DNA of 60,368 nucleotides from Perkinsus olseni (Eukaryota): NCBI GenBank assembly GCA_013115125.1, contig JABANN010000154.1, positions 1 to 60,368 of the forward strand, read 5' to 3'. Shown piece by piece: positions 47,109 to 60,101 of this stretch (position 1 is its first letter; each line of letters starts with the position of its first letter). The notes under the pieces were generated by a model. It saw only the letters and a program-made list of their open reading frames with translations, ran no database searches and was not told where the DNA came from. The position numbers and the translations under genes were made by a program.

Positions 47109-50100
47109 ATGTACGCACCGCGGGGCTACCCCTCCCGGCCCTCATCCCAGGGCCTACGATACTACAGGAGGGCTTCTAGGAGTCCACCAACGCTTGGTGG
47201 GCTCCCCTTGGATGCAGAAAGAAGGGAAGCATTGGCGTTGAGAAATAGGAAACCGCCTGGTGAGAGCCTGCTGGAAGAGGATACTGGAGAATGATATCTT
47301 CGTTTGAGCAGATGATGATAACAAGGCGCGAGATAGACCCGCCACCTCTGCTGGGGTTCCTAGAAGAGAAGGCTGGGAAGGGATCCTCGGTAGGACCCAG
47401 TCCACTAGGATGGCGTTATGATTCTCGATATTCAGAGGCTAAGGCGGAGGAGTCCCCCAGAGGCGGCTCCAGACCTAGCAGTGCTACCCCCGCTGTGGGC
47501 CAACTCAGGAGGGTAAAGGGGAAGCCACCTTTGGATACTGGGATGGCAGGGTTGAGACTGAGGAGTGAGTGGATGCATCGAGGATGCCGGGGGATTTTTC
47601 GCTTTTTCAATCAGATCAAGGGCGAGCCAGCTCAGCCGGGCTACGGACTGCCCATGCGGCGGGTATCCGTTTCCCCTCGCCAATGGTTCAGGGTCGCAAG
47701 CCGAGGGATACCGCCACTCAAGCGACTACCAAAGTGGCGGGGTTCAGCGATTATTGGCGTTTCCTCAATCACAGAAAGGATGCTATCGAACATCAAGTAG
47801 GTTGAAGAGTTCGCTTGTCATCACCCAGTCGCAGTTAGTGTCTTCTTAGGTAGCCCGATTACACCACAGAATAGATAACGAAAGACCTCGGCCAACTCCT
47901 GCCAGACCTGAAACTCCTCTGTAGTATCATTTAGCTTCAACGGTCTCGAGTGGCGTAATTCAACAGCCCCAACTCCTGTTCTTCTTCTAGTCGCCCACCG
48001 ATGGTTGTGGGCAGCAAGCTGCATCGACGCTCAGAAGGATCTAATGGAATCACCGCAGATCGAGCTGGTGATGTTGGTCAGAAAGGCAAGCCTGATGGAG
48101 AGGAAGTAATAGGGCAGTGTGAGGTATTCTCTGGCATGTGAGCTCCTCTATGGACTAGTGGGTGTTTTCAATGAGAGCTGGATACAAACCACTATGTAGA
48201 GCGTTCTATGCCAACGGTGGGGCTACTGTTTCTGGGAGCTGTGTGACTGGCTGTCGTATCCTCGCCCGTGGGATGCTCTAGGCGAGTCATCAACTTTTAG
48301 GTGTCCAAGCCAGTAGAGGAGAGGAGGGGTGATGAGAGGGGGGAGGCTGAAGAACGGTGAGAGAGGTGCTCGTGTATTGAGATAGGATGAGCCTTCAGGC
48401 CTATGTCTCCTAAGGGGGAGTCTCATACGCTTCATGGGAATACTGATGGCTCTAAGGAGGTAGTGCTGATGGAAAGCGAGTCCGGGTATCGGAGTATGTT
48501 TTAGTTCTCTCGGCACCAGCGATCAACAACGGCCGAAGTTCCTGTCCCTACTGAGCTGCATTCCTACATTCGGAACGCACTTAACCAAGCCCGTCCATCG
48601 ACCTCTCCCGCTGTCCACGGAGGGAATGGCCATACAGACCTGTCGCCCGTGGAGGGTAACGGACGGCGACATCATCGAACAGGAAGAGGAAAGCTCGGCA
48701 CGATCCTTGAGGACTATCAGGTAGAGAAGTGAAACGAAACTCTCGGAGAGATGGCTCAGTGAACGAGAACGTTAACTTTCAGCTTGGGAGATCAGTCGGC
48801 CAGGGTGCGTATGCGACTGTTCGGCTAGCGCATCACACGCCCACAGCGACGAATGTGGCTGTAAAGGTGGGTGGCGGAGCAAACTCGGGCGCGACTTGTA
48901 ACTAGAGCTGATCTGCCAGGCGTATGATAAAGTGAAGCTTCTGGATCCGCAGAAGAGGAAGGGTGTCAAGCGGGAGATCAAACTGTTAGAGCGAATGTCT
49001 CATCCGAACATTATCCGGTTCTACGATGCGTTGGATTCGACTCGTCAAATTCTGATAGTCACCGAGTAAGGTCGTCCTTTTGCGGGCCGCAGCCTTCCGT
49101 AGTGACTGCTAGGTATGTTGGCGGCGGCTCTCTGCATTCCCTCCTAAAGCGAAGGCCTGGCCGCCGACTCGATGAGTCCACTGCGGGGAGAATATTCTTA
49201 CAAGTTGCGCAGGGTGTCAAGTACATGCATGATAGATGCATCATCCATAGGTACGGAATTGCCACGAAGGTTGTCCTCATCGTCGTATCGAAACTTTTCG
49301 CTCAGAGACTTGAAGCTCGAGAACATCCTTGTTGTCGGCCATGCCCATGAGTCCTTCACGCAGGACGGCGTCGAAGGGTTTGCTTGCGGCCGGGGAAGAT
49401 CATTGTCGACTAGAACAGGAGGGGCTGAGAGAGGTCTCATCACGAAGTCGAGGCATGCTCCCTTCCCCCCGCAGGTGAGGTGCATTAGGGACTTTACTTG
49501 CAACGGAGCGGAAATATCAGAAAAAGGGCGCGCCCGGAATTGAACCGAGGACCTGCTGATCTGCAGTCAGCCGCTCTACCGCTGAGCTACACACCCTCCG
49601 ATGAAAACGGGTTGATTCTGGCACGGGTCCATCATCCCAGCTCATGTCAGATGCAGGCAAACGGGGAGCTTCCGAGCTCTGATTGCACCTATCAAGTGAC
49701 TGGTCCTCAGATCAAGATAATTGATTTCGGTTTTAGTACCATCGTTCCACCGGGCAAGAAGATTAAGGTGAGCTCCCTACGGCCACTGGACTTGCCCCAC
49801 GGGCTTGCAAATCCTTAGCACTTAGGTTTTCTGCGGTACTCCTTCATACATGGCGCCTGAGATAGTGCAGAAGCGAGAGTTTCACGGAACCTGCGCGGAC
49901 ATCTGGGCATTGGGAATCCTCCTGCACACGTTCCTGGCCGGATGTTTTCCTTTCAAGGCATGCTCTGATATCCCACTAGCAACCTCTGCGATGGGTGCGT
50001 ATTGTTCAGGGCCCCACTGATAAGGAGTTGTACAAGAAGATAGCTCGCGGAGTTTTCCAAGTTCCGAGCCACATCTCGGACAAGGCGCAGTCGCTCATGT

Positions 50101-50838
50101 GTCGGCTGTTACGAAAAGAAGCGGATAAGCGGCCACCGATCCACGTAAGCATCGCGACTCAATAGCCGGTTGTTACGATGGCGGCGGCAAAAGGCATAGC
50201 ACTTTAGGATGTCGTGCATGCGACCTGGCTCCAACATCTTCTCACTGATGATCTCGATGACGAGGATAGCAGTAGTTTGCTCTGCACGAGTGGAGGCATC
50301 GAGACCAATGCCTCGACCAGCGCTACCGGAGGAGGACTCGGTAGCTCTACCACTACATGTGAGTTGCAACGTGATTCAAGAGAACAGACGCACTATAAAC
50401 CATTTCAGGGACACCGACTAGGAAGAGGGCCAAGAGTGAGGAGCGAGTTCCTATCCGAGGATCAGGTGGGAAACATGGTGCAACACTTCGCTACTGTTCA
50501 GTGAATACCAACTTCAGGTCTGACCGCCGTGAATGCTGGGCGCCCATCAACTTCACATCGACGGGGAGCTCGAGGAATATCACCGAGCAAATTGACCGAA
50601 GATGACGCCATCGCAAAACTGGTGAGGCTGTCCTGATGCTGTGATGATGGCGTTTGACCGCATTCTCTGCGCATAGGAGCGGCTCGGCTACAACAGGGAT
50701 GAGATACTTCTGCAAATCAGGGATGGGAACTCTCATCTCTCCAAGTTGTATCACAGATTCCTCCTGGTAGCAACTAGGGCGTGCCTCTTCCTCGTTCCCC
50801 AACTCCTCCTCCCCTTCCTTCAGTCGATGAATACGTGA
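47109..50838 (+). CDS. CAMKL (AMPK/MARK-like) Ser/Thr kinase with C-terminal UBA-like helix bundle, multi-exon
   Basis: VGQGAYATVR, VAVK, REIKLLERMSHPNII, HR|DLKLEN, IIDFG, FCGTPSYMAPE, ADIWALG, FPFK|GPTDKELY. The 5' exons upstream of 48520 are less certain. Confidence 0.88.
49521..49524 (-). terminator. Oligo-dT Pol III terminator of tRNA-Cys
   Basis: T-run directly following the discriminator base on the minus strand. Confidence 0.7.
49525..49596 (-). tRNA. trnC-GCA: tRNA-Cys(GCA), antisense inside intron 49475-49650 of the CAMKL kinase
   Basis: GGGTGTG/CGCGCCC-T acceptor, TAGCTCAGCGG A-box, GCTGA-CTGCAGA-TCAGC anticodon arm, CTCGG-TTCAATT-CCGGG T-arm. Confidence 0.97.
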
Positions 50839-50961
50839 GGCGATAGGGCCCTAATTGCCTCATGATGAGCTGATGTTCTTGGCATTTACCAGAGTCAGTC
50901 GATGTATCTTGCTGTTCGAGATGATTATTATCATGATCAGTGTAGCATTGCTCCCACATTA

Positions 50962-51431
50962 TCATGTGCTGTTGTACGACTTCCCAATCCGTGTCGAGTG
51001 CCCAGGCTCAATCTGAGAGGAAGAACTAGGAGGAGTTGCCGAAACATCTGAGCCAGCAACACTAAGTGGCCTAATGAGGTACTCCACAACTCAACATACT
51101 GGGAATATCGAGACTTCGAAGTAGTGGTGGTGGCCTGTATTGGAAGGCCGTGTTCATCAACTTCAATACCACACGCCTTGTAGACGGCGTCGAACTCCTC
51201 TCTGCTCATCTTCTGCTTCCCACCGATCATACGCTCGATGACCCCGTCAGAGACCCCATCGCCAAGGAGCCTCTTCAAAGATCCAGCTGTTATGTACTCA
51301 TCATCACCGTCGTCCTTCAATTGCGTCCACAACCAGTCGGTGGGGGAGGAGGGAGGATGAGGGGAGGGGTCTTCCTCGGCATCTTCCGAAGATATTGATG
51401 ACGTAGAGGAAACTTCAATGATTGAAGACAT
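50962..51431 (-). CDS. Small protein with a degenerate EF-hand-like pair
   Basis: DDGDDEYITAGSLKRLLGDGVSDGVIERMIGGKQKMSREEFDAVY resembles a calmodulin/centrin lobe with a truncated second loop. One intron inferred; unspliced stop is at 50937. Confidence 0.6.
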
Positions 51432-51472
51432 GTTGATCGTAGATAATGATTGAAGACATGTTGATCGTAGAT
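51417..51472. repeat. Perfect 28-bp tandem duplication
   Basis: AATGATTGAAGACATGTTGATCGTAGAT at 51417-51444 and 51445-51472. Confidence 0.97.
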
Positions 51473-51890
51473 AGTGCAGCTTCAGTCCGATATCAATCTT
51501 CATCTTGCTCTCTTGGCCGGTCTTGCTATTATTCAACGCCTCAATGCGAGCATGGGTGAATTGATAGAATCGTGGTGATAGTCTTGGCGGGTCATCTTCT
51601 CTTGATTTTGTCAATCGGGGATGGCTGTTGTTTCTTCTGCTTGTTGTTCCGCCTCTTCTTCTCTGTCGTAACGCCTCTCTTCCGTCTCTTCCCAATTGCG
51701 AGTCCACGGGAGGGGTTGTAGGGAGTTCACCCTAACAGTCTTCGCCACTAGGGGTGCTTGATTCTGGGAAGAACATTGGATAGTGCAATGATAAAAAAAG
51801 AAATTCAAACGGGACGGAAGTGTCATCTTTACCCTTACCAGGAAAGTGTGATTCTTGTTAGGTCTGCTGCGACTATTACCCTTCCTTACC

Positions 51891-53680
51891 ATGAGCCAGC
51901 AGCAGCATCACCAACCAGCATCGAATAAGCGGACACAGCGGGAATGGGAAGACCCGTCAGGCAGCTGGAATAGATATGCTCGTAGTGGTGGGGGGTATGA
52001 AAATTGGGGGAAGGGTGGAGGGGGCTGGAGGCCTACAGGAGGCGGGAAAGGTGGAGGAGATCGTTATCACCATCATCACGCAGAGGAGGGTTCAAATTGG
52101 CGAGGATCCCCATCCTGGGGTAAAGGCGGCAGTAATAGCGCTTGGGATGATTCTTGGGGCAAAGGAAGCGGAGCGATGCGAGATCGTGCTTGGGGTGGTA
52201 AAGGTGATCATTGGGAAGGCGTTAGTGGCAAGGGTGGACGTCAATGGGGGGATAACCGCGAGAAGAACGAGATGAGTAGTTGGTCAGGGCCTGATCATGG
52301 CAAAGGGAAGGGAGGCTGGTCTGAAGGGAGGCAGTGGCACGAAGGAAAGGGATCGAGATGGGCAAGTAGTAATAGCAGTAGTACAAGCTCCCCTCGAGGA
52401 GGTAAAGGGGCAGCTAGACGGTCCCCGTCGAGACCACCGCAGGAGAGTGGATGGGACCAAGTTGATGATACTCATTCCTTCGATCTTACTGCTAATGATG
52501 CTGAGCACCAGCAGCCTGTAGCAGCTGCCGGACCTCCAGTGCAGAATGTTCCTCCTGCAGCGCCTCCTGGGGGAGGAGGGGCGTCGCCACCATCCTCATC
52601 GGGCAAAGGTGGTCCCCCTCGAGGTAAAGGTTTTGGTGGACCGTGGCCTCCAGCATTTCCACCGCCTGCTGGAGGAGCTCCTCCTGGAGGTAAAGGAAAG
52701 GGGGCCTGGCCTCCTGGGTCAGGGGGCTTCATGCCTCCTCCAAACCCTATGTTGTTGCCCTTCCTCGCTGGCAAGGGCCTTCAACAGATGAGGCTCAAAC
52801 AGCTGCAAATGCGGCAACAGGAGGCGAAGGAGAAATTGGAAAAAAAGAAATTTAACGCAGAGGAAAAGAAGAAGCATCTTGTTTTGATCGCCGAGGGCAT
52901 TGTGAAGCTGCTGATGGGAGTCGGTGGGGGCGCGAGGGAGCTGTCATTGGAGCTGCTCCCTGACGAATTCGAGAAGATGTTCGGGGTTCCCCTAGATGTC
53001 CGAGAGCACTTCCAGGAGAGCAGCCTTCTCCGCTTCGTGCAGAGGTTCGAGGCGATACCGTCTACCACTGATGAGAACGACCATACTAGGGTCGTGCCTA
53101 GGGCCCTCTTCCAGGTCTACTTTGACGGCTCTAGCTCCTGGCAGATACGATTGCACCCAGATGCCCCTTGCCCCCCTCCGAGTGATTACATAGAGTACGC
53201 TGCGGGGCAGGTGGCGAAGAGTCTGTTCGGTCCTCGACGGCCGCGGACTGTCATTAGACTGGAGAACAGCGTCCCTTTGCCACCGAGAGCGGCCGCGGCG
53301 GAGGCTAATGCTGGGGGCGCTGGAGATGTTAAGAATGAGAACATCGCTAATATTATGTCATTATTGGGGAGTATCACTGCGGCTGGTTCTTCTGGTAACA
53401 ACGAGGGAGGAGGTCAGGAAGGGGAGGGAGCCACTCTTTCACCATTGGGAGCTCCAGCGGCCCAACCTACTACCACAACGTTTGGGCTCAGCCCATCACC
53501 GGGCAGGGGCGGCGACACCTCAGGCCAGTCTCCGGTAGGAGATGCAGGAGCTCGAGGGAAGACCGGAGGCGGGAGTATGACGGCTAAGATCCGGGAGTTA
53601 CTGGCTAAACGCAAAGTAAGAGCCCCACCGAGATCGCACTGTGGATGTCTTTATCATCTCAGGCAAAGAAGGATGGGTAG
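51891..53680 (+). CDS. WG/GW- and GKG-rich protein with LOTUS (OST-HTH)-like domain
   Basis: Large exon 51891-53614 plus a short terminal exon (AKKDG*). N-terminus is Trp/Gly-rich; ELSLELLPDEFEKMFGVPLDVREHFQESSLLRFVQRF fits the LOTUS consensus. Confidence 0.8.
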
Positions 53681-54392
53681 AGAGATAAGGGAGATTGGCC
53701 GCCGTCGTCGTTGCCTTGCAGTAGTCACTAGCGTATTACCATTCTCTGCTACCTCCCCACTATTTTTAGTACCATTTCCACCTCCCCCGCCTCCATTACC
53801 GCGTTCAAGTCTGCTCAATTGCTACGATATACAGCTGTACCCTTTTTTTCCCTATGTCAGCCTTCCGTGCTAACGTGGCTATGACTATGATGCGCCACAC
53901 AAGGCCCCACTTGATGCCATGTACTAGGGTGTGGGGGAGTGTCAGCAGACGCTATTGTCGGTCTTCTTGCAGTCCTACCACGTACTGAGGGCGTGTCGGC
54001 AGTCACACAACTAACGCGACAACGCCAGGAGGTGGAGCCGAGGATTGTATGTCTGTCCCGGGGAGCTTCTGTGCCCCTATCATACAAGATCAATCAGGTG
54101 GGATGTCATCAGTTTTGTCCGGAGCCTTCTCGGAATGAATCCTGGCTGTTGTTCAGTACTCGACCCTCGACTACGATGACTATGGTCTGTCTATGCCCAA
54201 CAATGGCGGTCGGGTTGACAGTGTGGCGAGAGCGTAGAAGATGATGGTGATGCTGGCTGCCTCCCACAAGTGCTTTTATAAGTCTCCGATTGGACTTGTT
54301 GTGTTAGTTTAGTGGTACGAGGGTATCTTATTCTTCTCTGTGCGCGCTGGGGTTGAAGCCATCTGTACTAAGAGGTCGCCTCCTCCCTTCCA

Positions 54393-57300
54393 ATGTTTGC
54401 CAGCAGACGGCATAGAAGCAAGCCCACAGGCTTGCGGAAGGTACATAGTGACGAGGATGAGGGAGGGGAAGATAGTAGCAGCCGTGAGGAGAGCACGACA
54501 GAGGATGCCGAGGTAGTAGTGGAGGGAGGGGATGCCCTGGGATGTAGGGGATTCTGCAGGTGGTTGTCTCGGGGCCATCATCATCGCTACTCTCCATGAA
54601 CGCTGCGGATGAGGGGGACTCCACCAGAGCTGTAACAGTGATTAAGTCGAAGCAGTCGAGGCGGCTACGAAGAGAGCTGAGGAGGGAGAAAAAGGGTAGG
54701 GCCTTGGAGGGCACTTCAAAGAAGAGGTCTCGCTCGGCAGGTATCAAATCCGGGTCCGCTGGCCATAGTGCGGATGCAGGGGAAGATAACGGTAGGAGCA
54801 GTGGAGGGGTGGACCCGCTGGCTCCAGCGATCAAGGGCCATGCCTTGCACACGAGGAGAGCTCAACAGCAGGATTGGAGGCTCGAGGGACTGGATACTGA
54901 AGGAGGTAGTATTACTGCCAGGGGTAATGCTTCGTCGCTGGATGAACTCGGCCCACCCCACATCACCGATCACTAGAGTGAGTTGTGGCAGATATAGCCA
55001 TGCTGGCTAGTGAAGCCATCGGGATAGAGGACGACGATGATGAAAAGGTGGTAGTGGAGAAGACGGATGACCAGGAAATGGTTGCAGTGGATGGTGGCCT
55101 CTTCGTGGTGAGGGACACGGGGTGTTAGGTGGACCACAAATGATGGCGGCTGTCCTCTGTAGGTGGATACTGATGGAGTTGATGGGGAGGATCATATCGG
55201 GGTCACTACGGCAGCAGAGGTGGCAGCTAAGAATTTTGACGAGGGTCCCATTGGTATAGGTAGGAGGTCGTCATTGCTCCAGCATCTAGCCACACCCGGG
55301 GTTATCACAGGTCCTGTTACAGTGACACGGAAGCCGCCAGCGACTGCGATATACGCTGGAGAGGACTACGAGGACCTGCAGGTTACTGATGTAGATCCTA
55401 GCGTCATGGCAGACCCCGGAGTGATAGACCTTGCCCGACGGAAGAGACAGAGGCAGCGTGAGGCGACTAAGTGAGTGCCTGGGGCAGGGTTGTAGGGACG
55501 GCTGTGGGACAGGTCCTCAGAGAACGCCATGGCGCCGGCACAAGTGAAGAAGGGGGAATTCGCCACTATTGACTTGGACCCTGGTCAGGAAGGAATGTGG
55601 TACTCAGGAGGCCATCACGGTGTAGTGCTGCAGGTGCCTCTGATGCTGCGATGGCTGATAGTGAGAACCGAAGAGGGCATAGTACTCGAGGGATGCTGCA
55701 TCGACTAGAGGTTGAGAGGAAGCGTGAGCAGGTAATAAATTGCTGTACGCGGCAAGATGGTGACTGATGAGCTCAGTTAATGGAGTTCGGGGATGAGGAT
55801 GATGATACCTGGGCAGACGCTCAAATCAAGAAGGTAGGAGTAGCTGTGTTGATGAGAAGGGCACTATTGGTGGGGATGCCTGAGTAGGTGGCGGGGTTGC
55901 AGAAGTTGAGAGAATTCCAGCAGAAGAGGGCGGATGCTGCCATGATGGTTGAAAAAACATCGGGGGAGAAGATGGCTGAGGGTAAGTTATTGTCTGCGTC
56001 TTCTTGTCGTAGCAGTGTAGCAGCGGTCGTATATCAATCAGCGCGGGTTCTATCCCGGCACGAAGCGCAATTACAGTATTTTGTTCTTGATTTCTCCAGA
56101 CCTGTTCGCTTCGGACCCTATTCCCTCTCTGGAGGAGGCCCTGGATGCTGTCTATCGCAAGATCCATTCCGAAAAGGTGGGCCATCTGCTCGTTGCTGGC
56201 CACAGTAATCATCAACATATCTCGCGGCCCGCCCTAGGTCCATTTGATAGACCTCCAAGGGCGACATCGGAAGTTGGAGGCTGATAGATCGGAGAGTCAA
56301 CGGTGTCTGGAGACGATCGAGAGCGAGAGTCTAGAGGAGAACGAGAAACTCGACGTCATCACAGTAGGTTACACTGCGCCTTGACTGCCAAGACTGCTGT
56401 ACTGCAGGACTTCCGCTCCTATGTGGAGGACCTTGGTGGCTTCCATGATGCTAAATACGACCAAACTGATAATGCTCTGAACCTCTTGGACAATATCGAG
56501 AAGAATGTGTGTTGATCGCGCGTATCAGTTGGCAGCTGTATCCCTGTCCTGGTTAGGTATGTAGCGCGCATGATGAGAGAAGGTTGAAGGCTTTGAGGGC
56601 GGAGTAGGTGGTACGGTTGCCTGCGCCCTAACGTCTTCATCCATCAGTTACGAGCATGAGCCCGAAGATCCGGTAGAGGCTCGAGTAGCTCAAGCGAGGT
56701 AGGCTGGTCATTTGCCAGCAGCTTGAGGTGTCAGAAAACGACAATTGCAGGTCGAAGTGGATCAGCGGGAGGAGTTCGGAAGATGGGTATTTGACCAGTG
56801 ATGGGGAGTATTCTGCTGATGAGGATGAGGGTGGTGATCAAACATGGCGGGTTCTTGCCAAGGACAAGAGGAAGTTCCTGAAGGTGGTGGGTTGGTTGAA
56901 TCAAAGGCAAGGAGGCATGTTCTGTGTAGGCGGCCCACCTTCAACTCATGGCCGATGTATCTGACGACTTTAGTTCTGTGCGGTCGATCTGTATGGAGTT
57001 CCAAAAAGTGAGTCTAGCTGTTGAGGGCATAGGTGTGGATTTGGGGGGAGGTCAGGTACGGACGGCATGCCCTAAGCTGTATAAGCAGGCCTTCCTTGGA
57101 GCCAGCCTTGAGGAGGCAGTGGCTATGCCCGTTAGGTAATAGTAGGGTTGGGAGATGCTAGTGTAGAGGGTGGTGACACTGCGTTACTCAGGTACCAGCT
57201 ACTCTTTTGGGACCCCTTCAACCTCTCCGGCACGGAGTCTGATGATGATGAGGGTGATGATGAGGACGAGAGTCATCAGCCGAGGATCGTCACTACGGTC

Positions 57301-58186
57301 GAAGAAGTGATGGATATGGAATGGTACGCACTAAAGGCTGTGCATGCGGGCATACCACTCTATCTAGGTTCGTCAGTCTTACCGACTACTGCAACCCTCC
57401 TGGACCGGTCTCCCGCGACCAATCCGACGCGAATGCGGCCACCAGCGCGGACAGTCTAGTGGTCCCTCATGTTGTCCACGAGTGTCTCTTCGATCGGGTC
57501 CGGCACTTCATCGCCAACGTGTGGAACGTTAGTAGTATGAAGCATGGCAAAATAGTAAAGGAACTGCTACAACTTTGCATCGATTTCGACGAGACATCAG
57601 GCAGCGGCAGCTCACCCTATAAGGATGTTATTCTGACCGCCTGCGAAGGGAGGGTCAAACGAGCTGTCGAGGGGCTCCTCTTGCCCGATGATCAGTGGGA
57701 GGTGAGTAGCCCAGAAGCGATACCTCCCTCGGTCAGCGGTCACTTCAGGCATGTACCCCCTTAGTAAAGCTGCGGCTTATCCGTCGTCTGGCCAAAATGT
57801 AGTGAGCAATAGTGATGTCGTGGCATGCTATAAGAAGCTTTCAGATTCTCGTGCGTCTGTTTCGTCGGTACCCCCTTTCTTCCGCTGGCTACAGTTCCTG
57901 TCGATAACTTACTTATTCACGGGATTGTAGAGAGGCTAGGCGCCTTGAATGATGCTGATGACGCTAAGGACATACTGGAGAGGGTTTTGGAGGCTCTGCC
58001 CGAGCATTGGTTGTTACAGGTAACGAGCGTTTATTCTTTCTACTGAATTCCCTCACAGTCGGCGTTTGTCAGATGACCCCCGACGCGCGAGAGTCGACGA
58101 AGGAGACCTTACAGGCTGCCTGCAAGAAGCTGGAGGTCGACATTACTGCACACTGCCGAGTTGAATGCGTTAACCGAGCTGCGTGA
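54393..58186 (+). CDS. PAXBP1: GCFC-domain spliceosome disassembly factor (PAXBP1/GCFC2-like), multi-exon
   Basis: MFASRR...RKVHSDEDE N-terminus, EDGYLTSDGE, ADVSDDFSSVRSICMEFQK|VRTACPKLYKQAFLGASLEEAVAMPVR|YQLLFWDPF, MEW and VVPHVVHECL...VWNVSS are GCFC hallmarks. Confidence 0.85.
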
Positions 58187-58444
58187 TCATCAACAGACGA
58201 TGTTTCCTTTCCCAGTTAGCATTGGGTTACTGGAGGTTTATTCGTCAGAATCGATCAGCATGGCGCGCGCGATTGACAATGTCGTCTGCAGTGGTTATCC
58301 TTGCCTTGATCCGCGCTTCGGCGAAGTAGAACTATTATTCAAGCGATCAAATGCATAAGTTTCATCATCCTCATCATCATCCTCGCATGCTCGCTAGCCC
58401 GTCGAACGGAGAGTCTTTAGTAGTCCTCCTTTCCTCTGTTAATA

Positions 58445-59483
58445 ATGTCTTCAGCGCCTAGGAAGAAGGTTCTATTGAAGGTCATCATCCTGGGAGATAG
58501 CGGGTAGTAGTAGAGGGAAGTGGGATAATAGCAAGGATTGATCGGTGTGCTTAGGGTTGGCAAGACCTCTCTCATGAATCAGTATGTTAATAAGAAGTTC
58601 AGCCCGCAGTACAAGGTGAGTCCGTTCACTTGCTAATGCTTCTAGTTGTCGATGGCCCGGGCTGTAGGCGACTATTGGGGCTGATTTCCTCACGAAGGAG
58701 GTCACGATTGACGATAAGGTGGTAACTCTTCAGATTTGGGATACTGCTGGCCAGGAGAGGTTCCAAAGTTTAGGTAGGAGGTTCTCGGGTAATCCAGGAT
58801 CATGGTATGCCTTCGTTCAGGCGTGGCGTTTTATCGTGGTGCTGATTGCTGCTGTTTGGTCTATGATATCACCAATCCGAAGAGCTTCGAAAGTTTGGAC
58901 TCATGGCGGGATGAGTTCCTGATACAGGTATGGAGACTAAGTCGCTATACCGTAGCAATCTTCATCACATCAGGCCTCGCCCAAAGACCCTGAAGAGTTC
59001 CCTTTCGTCGTGGTCGGGAATAAGTTAGATATGGAGGCCAAGCGAAAGGTACTAGGTGTTTCAATACAAGGGACTCTAGCTATGCACCTGCTGACCTTCC
59101 GCAGTCATGATGATGATATCGCGACTTTTTAATGGTTTATCGTGTTTAGGTATCGAAGGCCAGGGCCACTACTTGGTGCAGGTCCAAGAATAATATCCCT
59201 TGCTTTGAGACAAGCGCCAAGGATTCTGTTAATGTTGAACAGGTACTGCAGCAACATGTTCTGTCCATTTTTTGAGTTTCTTTCTCTCAGGCTTTCGTTG
59301 AAATCGCTCGACGGGCACTGCAGAATGAGGCGGCAATGGCCAAGGAGCAGGAGCAAATGTAAGGCAATGTTCTTGAAGCCCCTTGTTTATGGCCATTTTA
59401 CCAGGTATTTGTCCCAAACACTCAATTTGAATAGTCCCCCCGCAGAGAGCCAGAGTTCCAACGTACAGCAGTGCGAGTGCTAG
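58445..59483 (+). CDS. RAB7: Small GTPase Rab7
   Basis: [68 protein letters not shown]-terminal CEC. Confidence 0.97.
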
Positions 59484-60065
59484 AAGTGCACCATCGCCTA
59501 CAGTCATCAGCATCATGATCATCATCATAACCACTTTGCCGTTTCTCGTTAATAGTGCTAGATGTTCTATACTACTGCCAACACTACTACGACCCTCGGA
59601 TGGCCACCCCATTTGCTACTATTCCTAGTGTAACGATGACTCTGACAATGTTGCATATACAATAGCCAGCTCCGTCTCTGACATGGGTAACTTGTGTTAA
59701 TCATGAGCCATCACCTTTGAGTACACGTTCCTCGTGGTAATAGATTGTGCTGCGGAAAGGGGGTCCGCGGCTGTCACCTCCCTGTAAGCTATAATCGGCG
59801 TGATAGATGGGCAGGTTAGGGTGCGTTACGGGCAGTCACGAGTGGCTTCTACGGTGACGGGTGTAAGCCCGTAGCGTCAATTACGGGGTGTGCACCGACG
59901 GCGGGCAGTGGCCGCCGCTCACAGGAGTCTCTCACTCGAGTTCTCCTTATAGCTTCATGGAACACGGCCAAGCTATTATGGTCAAACGCAAGCGCTTGCC
60001 TTCGTCCTATTGGGAACCACCTGGAGCATTCCTGGCCAGAAGTGAGACACCTACGCACATTGGAT

Positions 60066-60101
60066 GTCGGAAGGTTGTCCGTTCGGAACGGGCCGGGGTC
60101 G
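60066..60101 (+). pseudogene. 3' fragment of a tRNA-Trp array unit
   Basis: GAAGGTTGTCCGTTCGGAACGGGCCGGGGTC matches the 3' half of the copy at 60301 and is followed by the same spacer. Confidence 0.8.

Noticed and set aside
48223-48516. Possible tyrosine-recombinase relic in a long kinase intron (YLNTRAPLSPFF...HSSQK); a similar GHSIRR occurs near 43570
   Set aside because: Catalytic residues and spacing are unconvincing; similar impressions elsewhere in the window proved to be shadows. Needs an HMM search.
59107-59149. Box C/D snoRNA in a Rab7 intron (ATGATGA)
   Set aside because: No downstream CTGA D box or terminal stem within the intron.
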